Shown one piece after another: positions 1 through 8,727 of a DNA stretch of 64,000 bases. The DNA comes from Nitrospinales bacterium (GTDB lineage: Bacteria > Nitrospinota > Nitrospinia > Nitrospinales > VA-1). Made by a program: the position numbers and the translations under genes. The notes under the pieces were generated by a model. That model saw only the letters and a list, made by a program, of their open reading frames with translations, was not told the DNA's origin and did not search any database. Numbering within the stretch: the first letter of the stretch is position 1; every line of letters starts with the position of its first letter. The stretch is taken from assembly GCA_965262115.1 (NCBI GenBank), contig OZ253496.1, positions 1,792,001 through 1,856,000 on the forward strand, written 5' to 3'.

Positions 1-1
1 C

Positions 2-757
2 GGGCTCATTCTTACAGCCCTGGAAAATCCCGCTTACCGAGGACCAATAAACGCAGTCAGCCCGTATCCGGTCACAAACAGGGAGTTCACCACCATTCTC
101 GCGAGAATATTAAAACGTCCGGCTTTTTTTACCGTCCCGGCTTTTGCGCTGAAGCTTCTTTTCGGAGAAATGTCACAAGTGTTATTGGCCAGCCAGAATG
201 TTTCAGCCCAAAAGGCTATAGGTCTCGGCTACAAGTTCGTCTATCCAAAACTAAAAAATGCACTGAAAGTCATTTGCGATCAGGTCGGCCACAAACTTGT
301 CACCGAGCAATGGGTACCGCAACCTATTGATCGGGTTTTCGAGCGTTATTCCGATCCTAAAAATTTAGAAATCCTCACTCCAGGTTTTCTTCATTTCAAA
401 ATCGTGAAAGTTTCTCACCCCAAAGTTCAGGAAGGAACCATCATGGACTACCGGTTGAAACTGCACGGCGTTCCCTTTCGCTGGCAGTCTCAAATCACCG
501 ACTGGGTTCCCGGCAAACGGTTTTCAGACCTGCAAACCCGAGGGCCCTATGCTTTCTGGCATCACACTCATGAATTTTACGAAGACAGGGGCGGCACGGT
601 TATTCGCGACAATGTGGCTTATAAACTCCCCGGATGGGTTCCGGGGGATGTTCTTGCTCATGCCTATGTTAAAAAAGACTTGGAGAAAATTTTCATGTTT
701 AGGAGACAACAAACCGAAAAAATATTTGCTCAAGATCTTAAATCCAACCCCGAATAA
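2..757 (+). CDS. TIGR01777/YfcH-like NAD-dependent epimerase C-terminus fused to SRPBCC domain (5' partial, runs off window)
   Basis: Frame open from base 2: GPINAVSPYPVTNREFTTILARILKRPAFFTVPAFALKLLFGEM...LLASQNV (YfcH C-term), then WQSQITDWVPGKRFSDLQTRGPYAFWHHTHEF (SRPBCC). Confidence 0.8.
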   Translation, partial: GLILTALENPAYRGPINAVSPYPVTNREFTTILARILKRPAFFTVPAFALKLLFGEMSQVLLASQNVSAQKAIGLGYKFVYPKLKNALKVICDQVGHKLVTEQWVPQPIDRVFERYSDPKNLEILTPGFLHFKIVKVSHPKVQEGTIMDYRLKLHGVPFRWQSQITDWVPGKRFSDLQTRGPYAFWHHTHEFYEDRGGTVIRDNVAYKLPGWVPGDVLAHAYVKKDLEKIFMFRRQQTEKIFAQDLKSNPE

Positions 758-1775
758 GTTTCCAGTATGCACTGAGCAGAGGACTCAATATATAGTCCAT
801 CAACGGGTTCTTCATGCCACTCACTGCCAGAGTCCCCAAATATAACCGAGATATCTCTTTATCACTCACTTTCCGAAAAGATTGTACTTGCCGACGTTTT
901 CGGGCTATCTGCAAAAATTGCCCAAGAATCTCAAAATAGCTTTTTACCTTGAGTCCCAACCATCCGTGCATCATGGCATGAACAAACTGGGCCAGTTCTA
1001 CAACAACCAAGGCCGGGGAAATTAATATCAGGGTTTTGCACTCCATATTCTTTAAAAGGATATAGAGCCTGTTCTTTTCAGACCGATAAAACTTTTGCAC
1101 ACCTTTATTAAAATTATAGTGGTGATAACAAACCGACTTGGGTGTCACCATCAACTTCCATCCTGCCAGTCTGATTCTCCAGGACAGATCGTGGTCCTCA
1201 TGATAAAGAAACAAGTCCTCATCGAACCCGCCTACCTGCTCATACACTTCACGGCGAAACATGAAAATTCCGCCACACGCGGTTTCGGTCAAAGACAAAT
1301 CATCCCTATCCTGCTGATCTACCAGATTCGGATATGCTATTCCCGTATAATTCACTAAAATCCCAAACGAGTTGATCATCGCTGAATTGTTCAGGGACGA
1401 TTTTTGGGCATCCTGGTGATAAAGAATTTTTGGAACTGCCGCTCCAATTTTGAGGTCAGAGTCCAGCAAATCCACAAGTTGTCCAACGCAATCGGGTTCC
1501 ATTGCCAGATCATTATTTAAAAAAAGAAAATAATCCCCTTGCGCTTTTTCCAGTGCCCGGTTTACGGCTGAACCAAATCCCAGATTCCTGCCATTTTCCA
1601 ATAAACGCACGGACGGATAAAATTCTTTCAACATTGCTTGCGAGCCATCCTCCGAGCCATTATCACTGACCCAGATTTCCAGGGCCTCATAGTTTTGTTT
1701 CAATAGGGATTGAAGGCATTCGGACAGGACGTCCTTGCCATTCCAGTTCACAACAATTGCGGAAACTTTTTTCAT
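738..1775 (-). CDS. Glycosyltransferase family 2
   Basis: IVVNWNG, VSDNGSEDGS, NLGFGSAVN, LFLNNDL, GGFDEDLFLYHEDHDLSWR motifs. Confidence 0.9.
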   Translation of the reverse strand: MKKVSAIVVNWNGKDVLSECLQSLLKQNYEALEIWVSDNGSEDGSQAMLKEFYPSVRLLENGRNLGFGSAVNRALEKAQGDYFLFLNNDLAMEPDCVGQLVDLLDSDLKIGAAVPKILYHQDAQKSSLNNSAMINSFGILVNYTGIAYPNLVDQQDRDDLSLTETACGGIFMFRREVYEQVGGFDEDLFLYHEDHDLSWRIRLAGWKLMVTPKSVCYHHYNFNKGVQKFYRSEKNRLYILLKNMECKTLILISPALVVVELAQFVHAMMHGWLGLKVKSYFEILGQFLQIARKRRQVQSFRKVSDKEISRLYLGTLAVSGMKNPLMDYILSPLLSAYWKLIRGWI

Positions 1776-1966
1776 CAGAACAGTTGGGGGCTTCGCGAGA
1801 CAAAGGAAGAATATTTAACTTCACCGAGGGACAGATGGTTTTGTCAATCCTTGAATCGACCAACCCCAGTACACCTATTATTCCTCTACAAAACCAGACG
1901 ACTCGAAAGAGTGAAGCTATGATATCCTTTTATTTTTACGATACTTTTTTCAGGAATTTGCGGTCC

Positions 1967-3064
1967 ATGCGTTTTGCCATTATATTTCTGGCCTTATTTT
2001 TCCTCCTGCCATCGGCCAGCGCTGAAACCCCTACTCCATTTAAACAGGCGCTTCCCGGATACTCCTACCAGTTCCCACGCGATGATTTCTCGCACGACGA
2101 GTTCCAAATCGAATGGTGGTACTACACTGGCAACCTGCAAGATGAAAAAGGCCATCCGTTTGGCTACCAGCTCACTTTCTTCCGCATCGGACTCGACAAG
2201 TCTACCGATAATCCCTCTGCCTGGAAAATCGACCATCTCTATTTCGCGCATATGACGGTTTCCGATATTCATGATAAGAAATTTCATTTCTTCGAACGCA
2301 TCAACCGGAAAGGACTGAATAACGCCGGTGCCGCGTCCGGCCAACTACATGTGTGGAATGAAGACTGGAGCCTGACCGCAAAAGATGAGCCCCATCACCT
2401 TAAAGCTATCGAAAAAGGAACAGGGCTCAACCTGAAACTGACCCCGATAAAAAATCGGGTCTTGCACGGCAAAGATGGGATCAGCAAAAAAGGCAGTGGA
2501 TCCGGGAATGCCTCGCATTATTTTTCTTTCCCGAGTATGGAAACCATCGGACAGGTTTTCCTGAACGGAGAAGCGATCCCAGTAAAAGGAACCAGTTGGA
2601 TGGACCATGAGTTTTCCAGCAACCAATTGAACGACAACCTTGTCGGCTGGGACTGGTTTTCCATAAAACTCAGCAATCAGACCGAACTCATGCTTTACCA
2701 GTTGCGCGACAAAAACGGCAGCAAAGATTCCCATTCCAGCGGAACTCTGATATCGCCCGATGGGCAGTCACGCCACATCCTCCATCACGAGTTTTCCATC
2801 ACTGCCAAAAAGTTCTGGACCAGTCCCCACACCCAAGCCACCTACCCCGCTAGCTGGACGCTCACCCTGCCCGAAGGGGAGCTCCACGTCACGCCCGATT
2901 TTTCAGATCAGGAACTTTATGACCTGCGCTCCATATCCGGTTCCTATTGGGAGGGAAGTGTCTCTATAAAAGGCAAACTGCAAGGAAAACCGGTATCGGG
3001 AAAAGGCTATGTCGAACTGGTCGGCTACGAAAAAGCTCTTAAACAAGATTTACCCGACCCTTAG
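1967..3064 (+). CDS. Secreted AttH/CrtC-like lipocalin-domain hydrolase
   Basis: Signal peptide MRFAIIFLALFF at 1967; FPRDDFSH..IEWWYYTGNL, GYQLTFFR, WMDHEFSS, GWDWFS, YWEG, GYVELVGY. Confidence 0.8.
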   Translation: MRFAIIFLALFFLLPSASAETPTPFKQALPGYSYQFPRDDFSHDEFQIEWWYYTGNLQDEKGHPFGYQLTFFRIGLDKSTDNPSAWKIDHLYFAHMTVSDIHDKKFHFFERINRKGLNNAGAASGQLHVWNEDWSLTAKDEPHHLKAIEKGTGLNLKLTPIKNRVLHGKDGISKKGSGSGNASHYFSFPSMETIGQVFLNGEAIPVKGTSWMDHEFSSNQLNDNLVGWDWFSIKLSNQTELMLYQLRDKNGSKDSHSSGTLISPDGQSRHILHHEFSITAKKFWTSPHTQATYPASWTLTLPEGELHVTPDFSDQELYDLRSISGSYWEGSVSIKGKLQGKPVSGKGYVELVGYEKALKQDLPDP

Positions 3065-3102
3065 CCCGACTAGCCGCCATAGGTATGTGATATTCTTCTT
3101 CA

Positions 3103-3978
3103 ATGACTTTTGATATTGAAAAAATGAACAAGCTTCCCCCCGAGGCGCGGTTTTTCGATGTGAACGAAATCTGGTATTTCATGAACCGTTGGGTTATTCG
3201 CCTGTTATATCCCACATCGGTGACGCCAAACCAGATCACCTTTCTCTCCCTGGCTTTCGGTCTGGCCTCAGCCGGATTTTATGTTTCAGGAATTCCTGAT
3301 GCTCTGGTGTGGGGAGCAATTTTTCTCTATGGAAAAGTGCTGCTCGATAATGTGGATGGGAACCTTGCCCGAGTGCGGGGCACGACATCGCGGTTCGGCA
3401 GGTTTCTCGACTCGCTCACCGATTTCCTCGTCACGGTTCTGGTTTATATTGCGGTGACCGTGTATCTGGTTCGGACCACGGCAATGCCGGAGTACTGGGT
3501 TCTTGGATTGCTTGGACTGGTGGCTTGCTTTCTGCAAAGCACTTTTTTTGTCTTCTATCTTGTCAATTACACTTCTCGCGTGGGTTCCTACGAAAAAAAC
3601 AGGGTGGATGAAAGCATAACGGAAGAAGACAGGGCCAAGGTAGAAGAAGGCCAGACAGACCCCTGGGACCTTAGACTGCAAACTCTGTTTGTCTGGGTTT
3701 ACGGCTGGCAGGATAAAGCGGTGGAAAAATTAGACACCTTGTTCCGAAGCTTCGCGCGGATTTCTAATAATGATGAAGCCTGGTATTCCGATCGGAAATT
3801 TCTGGCCTGGATCAGCCCTTTGTGTCTATGCACCAACAACGTGATGCTGGTGATTTTTTCCCTGCTGGATCAACTGGAGCTATTCCTGATCCTACTTGTT
3901 TCTTTCATGAACATGTACGCATTGGGACTACTGGCATGGAAAGTCCTTTGCAGGACAGGCAACGAAGCAAAGACTTAA
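3103..3978 (+). CDS. CDP-alcohol phosphatidyltransferase family protein
   Basis: TPNQIT and LDNVDGNLARVRGTTSRFGRFLDSLTD signature. Confidence 0.9.
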   Translation: MTFDIEKMNKLPPEARFFDVNEIWYFMNRWVIRLLYPTSVTPNQITFLSLAFGLASAGFYVSGIPDALVWGAIFLYGKVLLDNVDGNLARVRGTTSRFGRFLDSLTDFLVTVLVYIAVTVYLVRTTAMPEYWVLGLLGLVACFLQSTFFVFYLVNYTSRVGSYEKNRVDESITEEDRAKVEEGQTDPWDLRLQTLFVWVYGWQDKAVEKLDTLFRSFARISNNDEAWYSDRKFLAWISPLCLCTNNVMLVIFSLLDQLELFLILLVSFMNMYALGLLAWKVLCRTGNEAKT

Positions 3979-4025
3979 TCGTGCCGCGCTAATCTTTTGC
4001 CAGCCTATTTACGCTATTGCAGTCG

Positions 4026-4063
4026 TACCCCTTTCAGGGCATGAATATTTTGGAGGGGAGTAC
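4026..4063 (+). repeat. R38 element, degenerate copy
   Basis: TACCCCTTTCAGGGCATGAA... matches family consensus TACCCCTTCGGGGCATGAAG-N-ATATCAC. Confidence 0.6.
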
Positions 4064-4084
4064 AGCCTCCACGTCCAGTGGTGG

Positions 4085-5794
4085 TTAGCAGAGGCCGCAG
4101 ATGTGGCAGGTCGCGGTGTCGCAGACAGGAGTATGCGCCGCGTTCAATCCCCGCTGATAGTCCTCCCACAGGAAGTTTTCGCGGTAACCGTGATCAATAA
4201 TATCCCAGGGAAGGTAATCGTCCTTTTTATATTGCCGGTAGACATACTGATCGACGGGGTGCTCCTTCAACGCGCTCTTGGCATCGTGACCGTTATTCAG
4301 GTAAGTTTTGAAAAAAGCCTGTGTATTCCGATCTCCCCGCGACAAATAGGTTTGCAGGTAGGCTTCGTTGGGAGAACCAAAACTCATTTTAAGATGCGGC
4401 AATTTGCCCAGAGCCTTTCTCACCCGGGCAAACTTTTTCTTCAAGCTCTTCACAGTCTCCATCGGGTGCCATTGAAAAGGGGTTCCCGGTTTGGGCACTA
4501 ACGGACTCAGGCTGATCGTCACCCGACCAATGCGCCCAAGCTTACGACATTCTTCGACATAACCCTCCTGCACCCGCTCGACCAGTCGAATAAACTGGTC
4601 AATGTCTTCCTCAGTTTCATGAGGCAACCCTATAATGGAATAGATTTTTAAATGCAGGATGCCTTTTCGGGTCAGGAACCGGCATTTCTCGACGATGAAG
4701 TCATCGGTCGCGGCTTTATTGATAACATCGCGCATTCTTTCGGATGGACCATCCACGGCGACTGTCAGAGTTTTCTGTCCGCTTTGCAGGATCAGGTCCA
4801 CCAACTCATCGGTGAGCGTTTCCATCCGCAAGGAAGAAAACGAAAGCTTCTTGCCCTGTTCGGTAATTTTCCGCGCTAACGCCGGAAGGTCCGGATGGTC
4901 GGTCACCGATGGACCGACCAGACCAATCGTCTTCGCCGATTTTCCAAGGCCATTGAGCACAGACTCCATCGAACTATAAGTTTTCTCTAGATTTGGGAGA
5001 CGCGGAGGACGGTATATGAAACCCGCCGTACAGAACCGGCAGGCCCAAATGCATCCCCTTGTGACCTCCATCAACGCCATATCTTTAAAAGTGGAATCTC
5101 CATCGTGCAGAACCGAGTGCGTACAAAGCGACTCTTCCTGTTCCACCCAATGTCGAATAATACGGGAAGGGGCTCCCTCCAACGCCGAAACTCCGACTTG
5201 CAGGCCTGCCTCCATTTTGGGGTGGTAATGTTGCGGCAAATAAATTCCAGGGATGGAAACGGCGCGCTCAAAAAACTGATCCCGGTCCTCATTATCACAG
5301 AGCAATCCGAAAAACTGCTCGGCCATACCCTCTCCCTCACCGATGAACAAGACATCCATGCACTCTGCCAACGGTTCAGGGTTGATGAACACCGCCGATC
5401 CCCCTGCGGTGATCATCGGAAACGATGCGTCCCGCTCATCCCGGTCCAGCGGAATGCCGAAGTATTTCAAGGCCAACACCGCGTTCAGGTAGTCGGGCTC
5501 AAACGAAATCGAAAAGGCGATGACATCGAACTCAAGCGGGTGCATTTTCAAATCCATCGAACGCAACGCCTCGCGCTCCAGGGATTGTGCTTCCGGCTTC
5601 CATCCAAGCGGCATGGCAAAACGGTCGCACGCCACTCCCTCAATCTGGTTCAATAGAGAATAAACCTGCTGGAAACCCAAATTGGCCATCGCCACATCGC
5701 GCGTGTTGGGGTAGACCAAAAGCACTCGCAAGTCGTTGCGGGACAGAGTTGAGTCGAGAGTCGATTCAGATGAACAAGAAACCTGCATAAACAC
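4085..5794 (-). CDS. Radical SAM protein with B12-binding-like N-terminus (TIGR03960-like)
   Basis: EVTRGCIWACRFC CxxxCxxC; LVYPNT..AMANLGFQ; PKPGTPFQW; LPWDIID; C-terminal C..C..CGLC. Confidence 0.85.
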   Translation of the reverse strand: MFMQVSCSSESTLDSTLSRNDLRVLLVYPNTRDVAMANLGFQQVYSLLNQIEGVACDRFAMPLGWKPEAQSLEREALRSMDLKMHPLEFDVIAFSISFEPDYLNAVLALKYFGIPLDRDERDASFPMITAGGSAVFINPEPLAECMDVLFIGEGEGMAEQFFGLLCDNEDRDQFFERAVSIPGIYLPQHYHPKMEAGLQVGVSALEGAPSRIIRHWVEQEESLCTHSVLHDGDSTFKDMALMEVTRGCIWACRFCTAGFIYRPPRLPNLEKTYSSMESVLNGLGKSAKTIGLVGPSVTDHPDLPALARKITEQGKKLSFSSLRMETLTDELVDLILQSGQKTLTVAVDGPSERMRDVINKAATDDFIVEKCRFLTRKGILHLKIYSIIGLPHETEEDIDQFIRLVERVQEGYVEECRKLGRIGRVTISLSPLVPKPGTPFQWHPMETVKSLKKKFARVRKALGKLPHLKMSFGSPNEAYLQTYLSRGDRNTQAFFKTYLNNGHDAKSALKEHPVDQYVYRQYKKDDYLPWDIIDHGYRENFLWEDYQRGLNAAHTPVCDTATCHICGLC

Positions 5795-5923
5795 CAGAAA
5801 AAATTGCCCGGGCCACGCCCAGGGTAAACAAGCAAGGGCTAAAAAAATGCCGGTTGTTAGAGTTCTCTTAAGAGGTTATTATCATACCCTAATTGACGGA
5901 CCTTAGAAAGGAAACCGTAAAAA

Positions 5924-6994
5924 ATGCCAGAACCCGAAACAAGAATGAAGGACTACCTGAAAAAAATTGCCGCCGGTCCCCGTTTGAGCAAAGACCTGAC
6001 GGAAGAGGAAGCCGAAGACGCTCTGGCGCTCATTCTCGACGACAAAGTTTCAAATGTCCGTGCCGGGGTCTTTCTCATTGCCGCACGCATGAAGCTGGAA
6101 ACCGTGCCCGAAAATGTCGGTTATTGGCGAGCCCTGCAAAACCGCGTTTCCCCGGTCACGATAGACCTCGACCGGCTGCTACAAATTGCCGATCCTTTTG
6201 ATGGATTCGAACGCACACCCTATTTCGGGTTTTACGCTATTCCGGCCATAGCCCAACTTGGCCTGCCGGTTTATGGTCATTCGTCCCTGCCGTTACCCCC
6301 AAAATTCGGCATCACCTTTGAGCAGATTTTACAGAACCATTATGGCGCAGACGGGGGAAAACAACGTATAATGCTACTGGAAAAATATCAATTCGGTTAT
6401 CTCAGCACCGCCGATACTTTGCCGCAATTGGAAAGTTTAAGGGCTTTACGGACTGAAATTGTCAAACGCCCGATGCTGGCCACTTTGGAAAAAATTCTGA
6501 TGCCGGTCAAGGCCCGGCAGAATATTCTCGCCACCACCTATTTCCACAAAGGCTATGAAATAGCGCTCACCGAAATCGCAAAGCTCAGCCAGTTCGATAA
6601 AGTGATCATCGGAAATGGAATGGAAGGCACCACCCTGTTTGGCGTTCACAAAGAAGCAAAAATGTTCATTCAGGAAAAGTCCACGCAACAAAAAAACCTG
6701 TCCCTCAAAACCCTGTACACTGAAGAAACGGCACAACGCATCGCCGGGGCCCATGAAGAATTAAAGTCGATCGAATCCAATCTTGAAACCCTGGTGAAGA
6801 TGGGAGAAGAAGCATTGAAAACAGGAAAGGGACCGGCAAGCCTGCAAATCGCCAGTCAGGCGGGAACACTGACTCACCTTTCAGGATTGTTTGCCACCGC
6901 GCAGGAAGGTTTTGACCAGGCCCTGACCGTCCTGGAATCCGGCTCTTGCTATGAATCGCTCATGCAATGGACCACTAGCCGTGGGGGCAGATAG
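5924..6994 (+). CDS. Anthranilate phosphoribosyltransferase-like (YbiB / glycosyl transferase family 3) protein
   Basis: LKKIAAGPRLSKDLTEEEAEDALALIL..RAGVFLIAARMKLET N-terminal helical domain; GMEG motif. Confidence 0.7.
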   Translation: MPEPETRMKDYLKKIAAGPRLSKDLTEEEAEDALALILDDKVSNVRAGVFLIAARMKLETVPENVGYWRALQNRVSPVTIDLDRLLQIADPFDGFERTPYFGFYAIPAIAQLGLPVYGHSSLPLPPKFGITFEQILQNHYGADGGKQRIMLLEKYQFGYLSTADTLPQLESLRALRTEIVKRPMLATLEKILMPVKARQNILATTYFHKGYEIALTEIAKLSQFDKVIIGNGMEGTTLFGVHKEAKMFIQEKSTQQKNLSLKTLYTEETAQRIAGAHEELKSIESNLETLVKMGEEALKTGKGPASLQIASQAGTLTHLSGLFATAQEGFDQALTVLESGSCYESLMQWTTSRGGR

Positions 6995-7053
6995 CTATGG
7001 GCCCGTCAAGCCGAGACAACTCTTTGCCCACAAGTCAAAGATGTCGCTCATTG
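6971..7053 (+). repeat. REPIN/MITE-like element (family B)
   Basis: ACCACTAGCCGTGGGGGCAGATAGC...CAAGCCGAGACAAC...GCTCATTG; inverted copy at 7972-8052. Confidence 0.75.
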
Positions 7054-7169
7054 TCCGCAGCGGCTCGCCGCCCACTAGCGTGGGAGGCAAAGAGCTATCA
7101 CTTCTAAGCCGCCAACACAATTGCAACGCCCTATCAAGCCATTGCTCATTGTACCCCTGCGGGGCACGT

Positions 7170-7208
7170 GTGATATTTCTTCATTTGTCTTCATACCCTG
7201 AAAGGGTA
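7170..7208 (-). repeat. R38 element, head-to-head with a half copy at 7152-7168
   Basis: GTGATATTTCTTCATTTGTCTTCATACCCTGAAAGGGTA. Confidence 0.75.
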
Positions 7209-7212
7209 AAAG

Positions 7213-7887
7213 CTAAGGAAAGTTACCACCCCCGCGGCGGCTCGCCGCAAGCATGGGTTGCAGTTTTTGCCAAACGAGGTCTGTGACAAGGCGATAACCG
7301 GAACCCGTAGGATGTACCCCATCGGGGCGAGTATGCTCGCGCACCCCCGCGACCCCTTCCAGTAAAAATGGCAAAAAAATCAACCCGTGTTTTTTAGCCA
7401 GTTCGGAGAAGACTGTTTCAAATCTCCGCATATAATCTTCACCATAGTTAGGAAGGGCCTTCATCCCGGCAAGTAGTATCCGGGCGTTATGTTCCCGGCA
7501 GATTCCGATCATGGTTTCCAGATTGCGCCGCATTTCATCGACAGAGAGTCCGCGCAAACCATCATTGGCGCCAAGCGCCAGGATCACAATTTCCGGCTCA
7601 TGCTTCATCAACCAGCGGATGCGCCGCACCCCGCCTGCGGTCGTGTCTCCATTCACCCCGGCATTGACCACTTTATGCGGGAACCCGGCAGAGGCAATCT
7701 TCACTTGCAATCTGGAGGGGTAGCTTTCTTCTTCTTTCACGCCATGCCCTGCCGTCAAACTGTCTCCAAACGCTAAAACCACAGCCTTCTCCTTCGACAA
7801 AACCGGTGCCGGAAACAGCACACAAAGCGCTCCGAGCAACAAAAATAACCGGGTAAAATGTTTAAAATTTAACAAAAGCATGAACAC
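7213..7887 (-). CDS. tesA: GDSL arylesterase / acyl-CoA thioesterase I (TesA-like)
   Basis: FGDSLTAG, NAGVNGDTTAGG, LGANDGLRG, DGVHP; divergent from ybbA/ybbP-like ABC pair as in E. coli. Confidence 0.85.
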   Translation of the reverse strand: MFMLLLNFKHFTRLFLLLGALCVLFPAPVLSKEKAVVLAFGDSLTAGHGVKEEESYPSRLQVKIASAGFPHKVVNAGVNGDTTAGGVRRIRWLMKHEPEIVILALGANDGLRGLSVDEMRRNLETMIGICREHNARILLAGMKALPNYGEDYMRRFETVFSELAKKHGLIFLPFLLEGVAGVREHTRPDGVHPTGSGYRLVTDLVWQKLQPMLAASRRGGGNFP

Positions 7888-7971
7888 CTTTTTATATTAC
7901 AATATACATAAACTTAAGAGACTTCTAATCATGCGACATCAAACGACCTTTATTCCGCATAACGCTGGGCT

Positions 7972-8052
7972 CAATGAGCACTATCTTTATCTGGTGGGCA
8001 AACGCTCTCTCGGCTTTACGGGCCAATGCTATCTGCCCCCACGGCTAGTGGT
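7972..8052 (-). repeat. REPIN/MITE-like element (family B)
   Basis: Reverse complement of 8028-8052 is identical (25/25) to 6971-6995. Confidence 0.75.
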
Positions 8053-8727
8053 ATGATTGAAATTACCGGTTTGGTAAAAACCCTGCATGGCGGCGGACAT
8101 GATGTCGAAATTCTAAAATCCATTGATCTCACCATTCCCACTGGTCAGTTTTTAGCCGTCACCGGCGAGTCGGGAAGTGGGAAAACCACCCTGCTCAGCC
8201 TGATCGCCGGACTGGACACCTCCACCAACGGTCAAATTTTGATCGACGGGCAGGATATCACGAAACTCGATGAGGATGAACTCGCGCTCCTGCGCGGAAA
8301 AAGGTTTGGTTTCATCTTCCAGAACTTCCACCTCATCCCTACTTTGACAGCACTGGAAAACGTTGTGCTCTCGGCCGAACTGAACAACACCCCCGGTGCG
8401 ACAAAAAAAGCCAATGACCTTTTGGGCACCGTGGGCCTGAGCGACCGGCTGCATCATTATCCTGCCCAGCTCTCCGGCGGGGAACAGCAACGTCTTTCTT
8501 TGGCCCGGGCTTTTGTCAACGAACCGGATATCATTCTCGCCGATGAACCTACAGGCAATCTCGACTCCAAAAACAGCGACCACATCATCGAACTCATTCT
8601 CGAACTGCATCGAGTGAAACAGGCCACCATCATTCTGGTGACGCACGAACTCCATGTCGCTGAACGCTCTGAACGCATCCTGATCCTGGCGGATGGACAG
8701 ATCATCTCGGATCAAATGAACCCATGA
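8053..8727 (+). CDS. ABC transporter ATP-binding protein (YbbA/LolD-like)
   Basis: Walker A GESGSGKTT, LSGGEQQR, ILADEPTGNLD; ATG at 8053 chosen because upstream codons are repeat-derived. Confidence 0.9.
   Translation: MIEITGLVKTLHGGGHDVEILKSIDLTIPTGQFLAVTGESGSGKTTLLSLIAGLDTSTNGQILIDGQDITKLDEDELALLRGKRFGFIFQNFHLIPTLTALENVVLSAELNNTPGATKKANDLLGTVGLSDRLHHYPAQLSGGEQQRLSLARAFVNEPDIILADEPTGNLDSKNSDHIIELILELHRVKQATIILVTHELHVAERSERILILADGQIISDQMNP

Noticed and set aside
1757..1966. 70-aa N-terminal extension of the AttH-like ORF
   Set aside because: Overlaps the divergent GT2 start and promoter region; the signal peptide begins at 1967.
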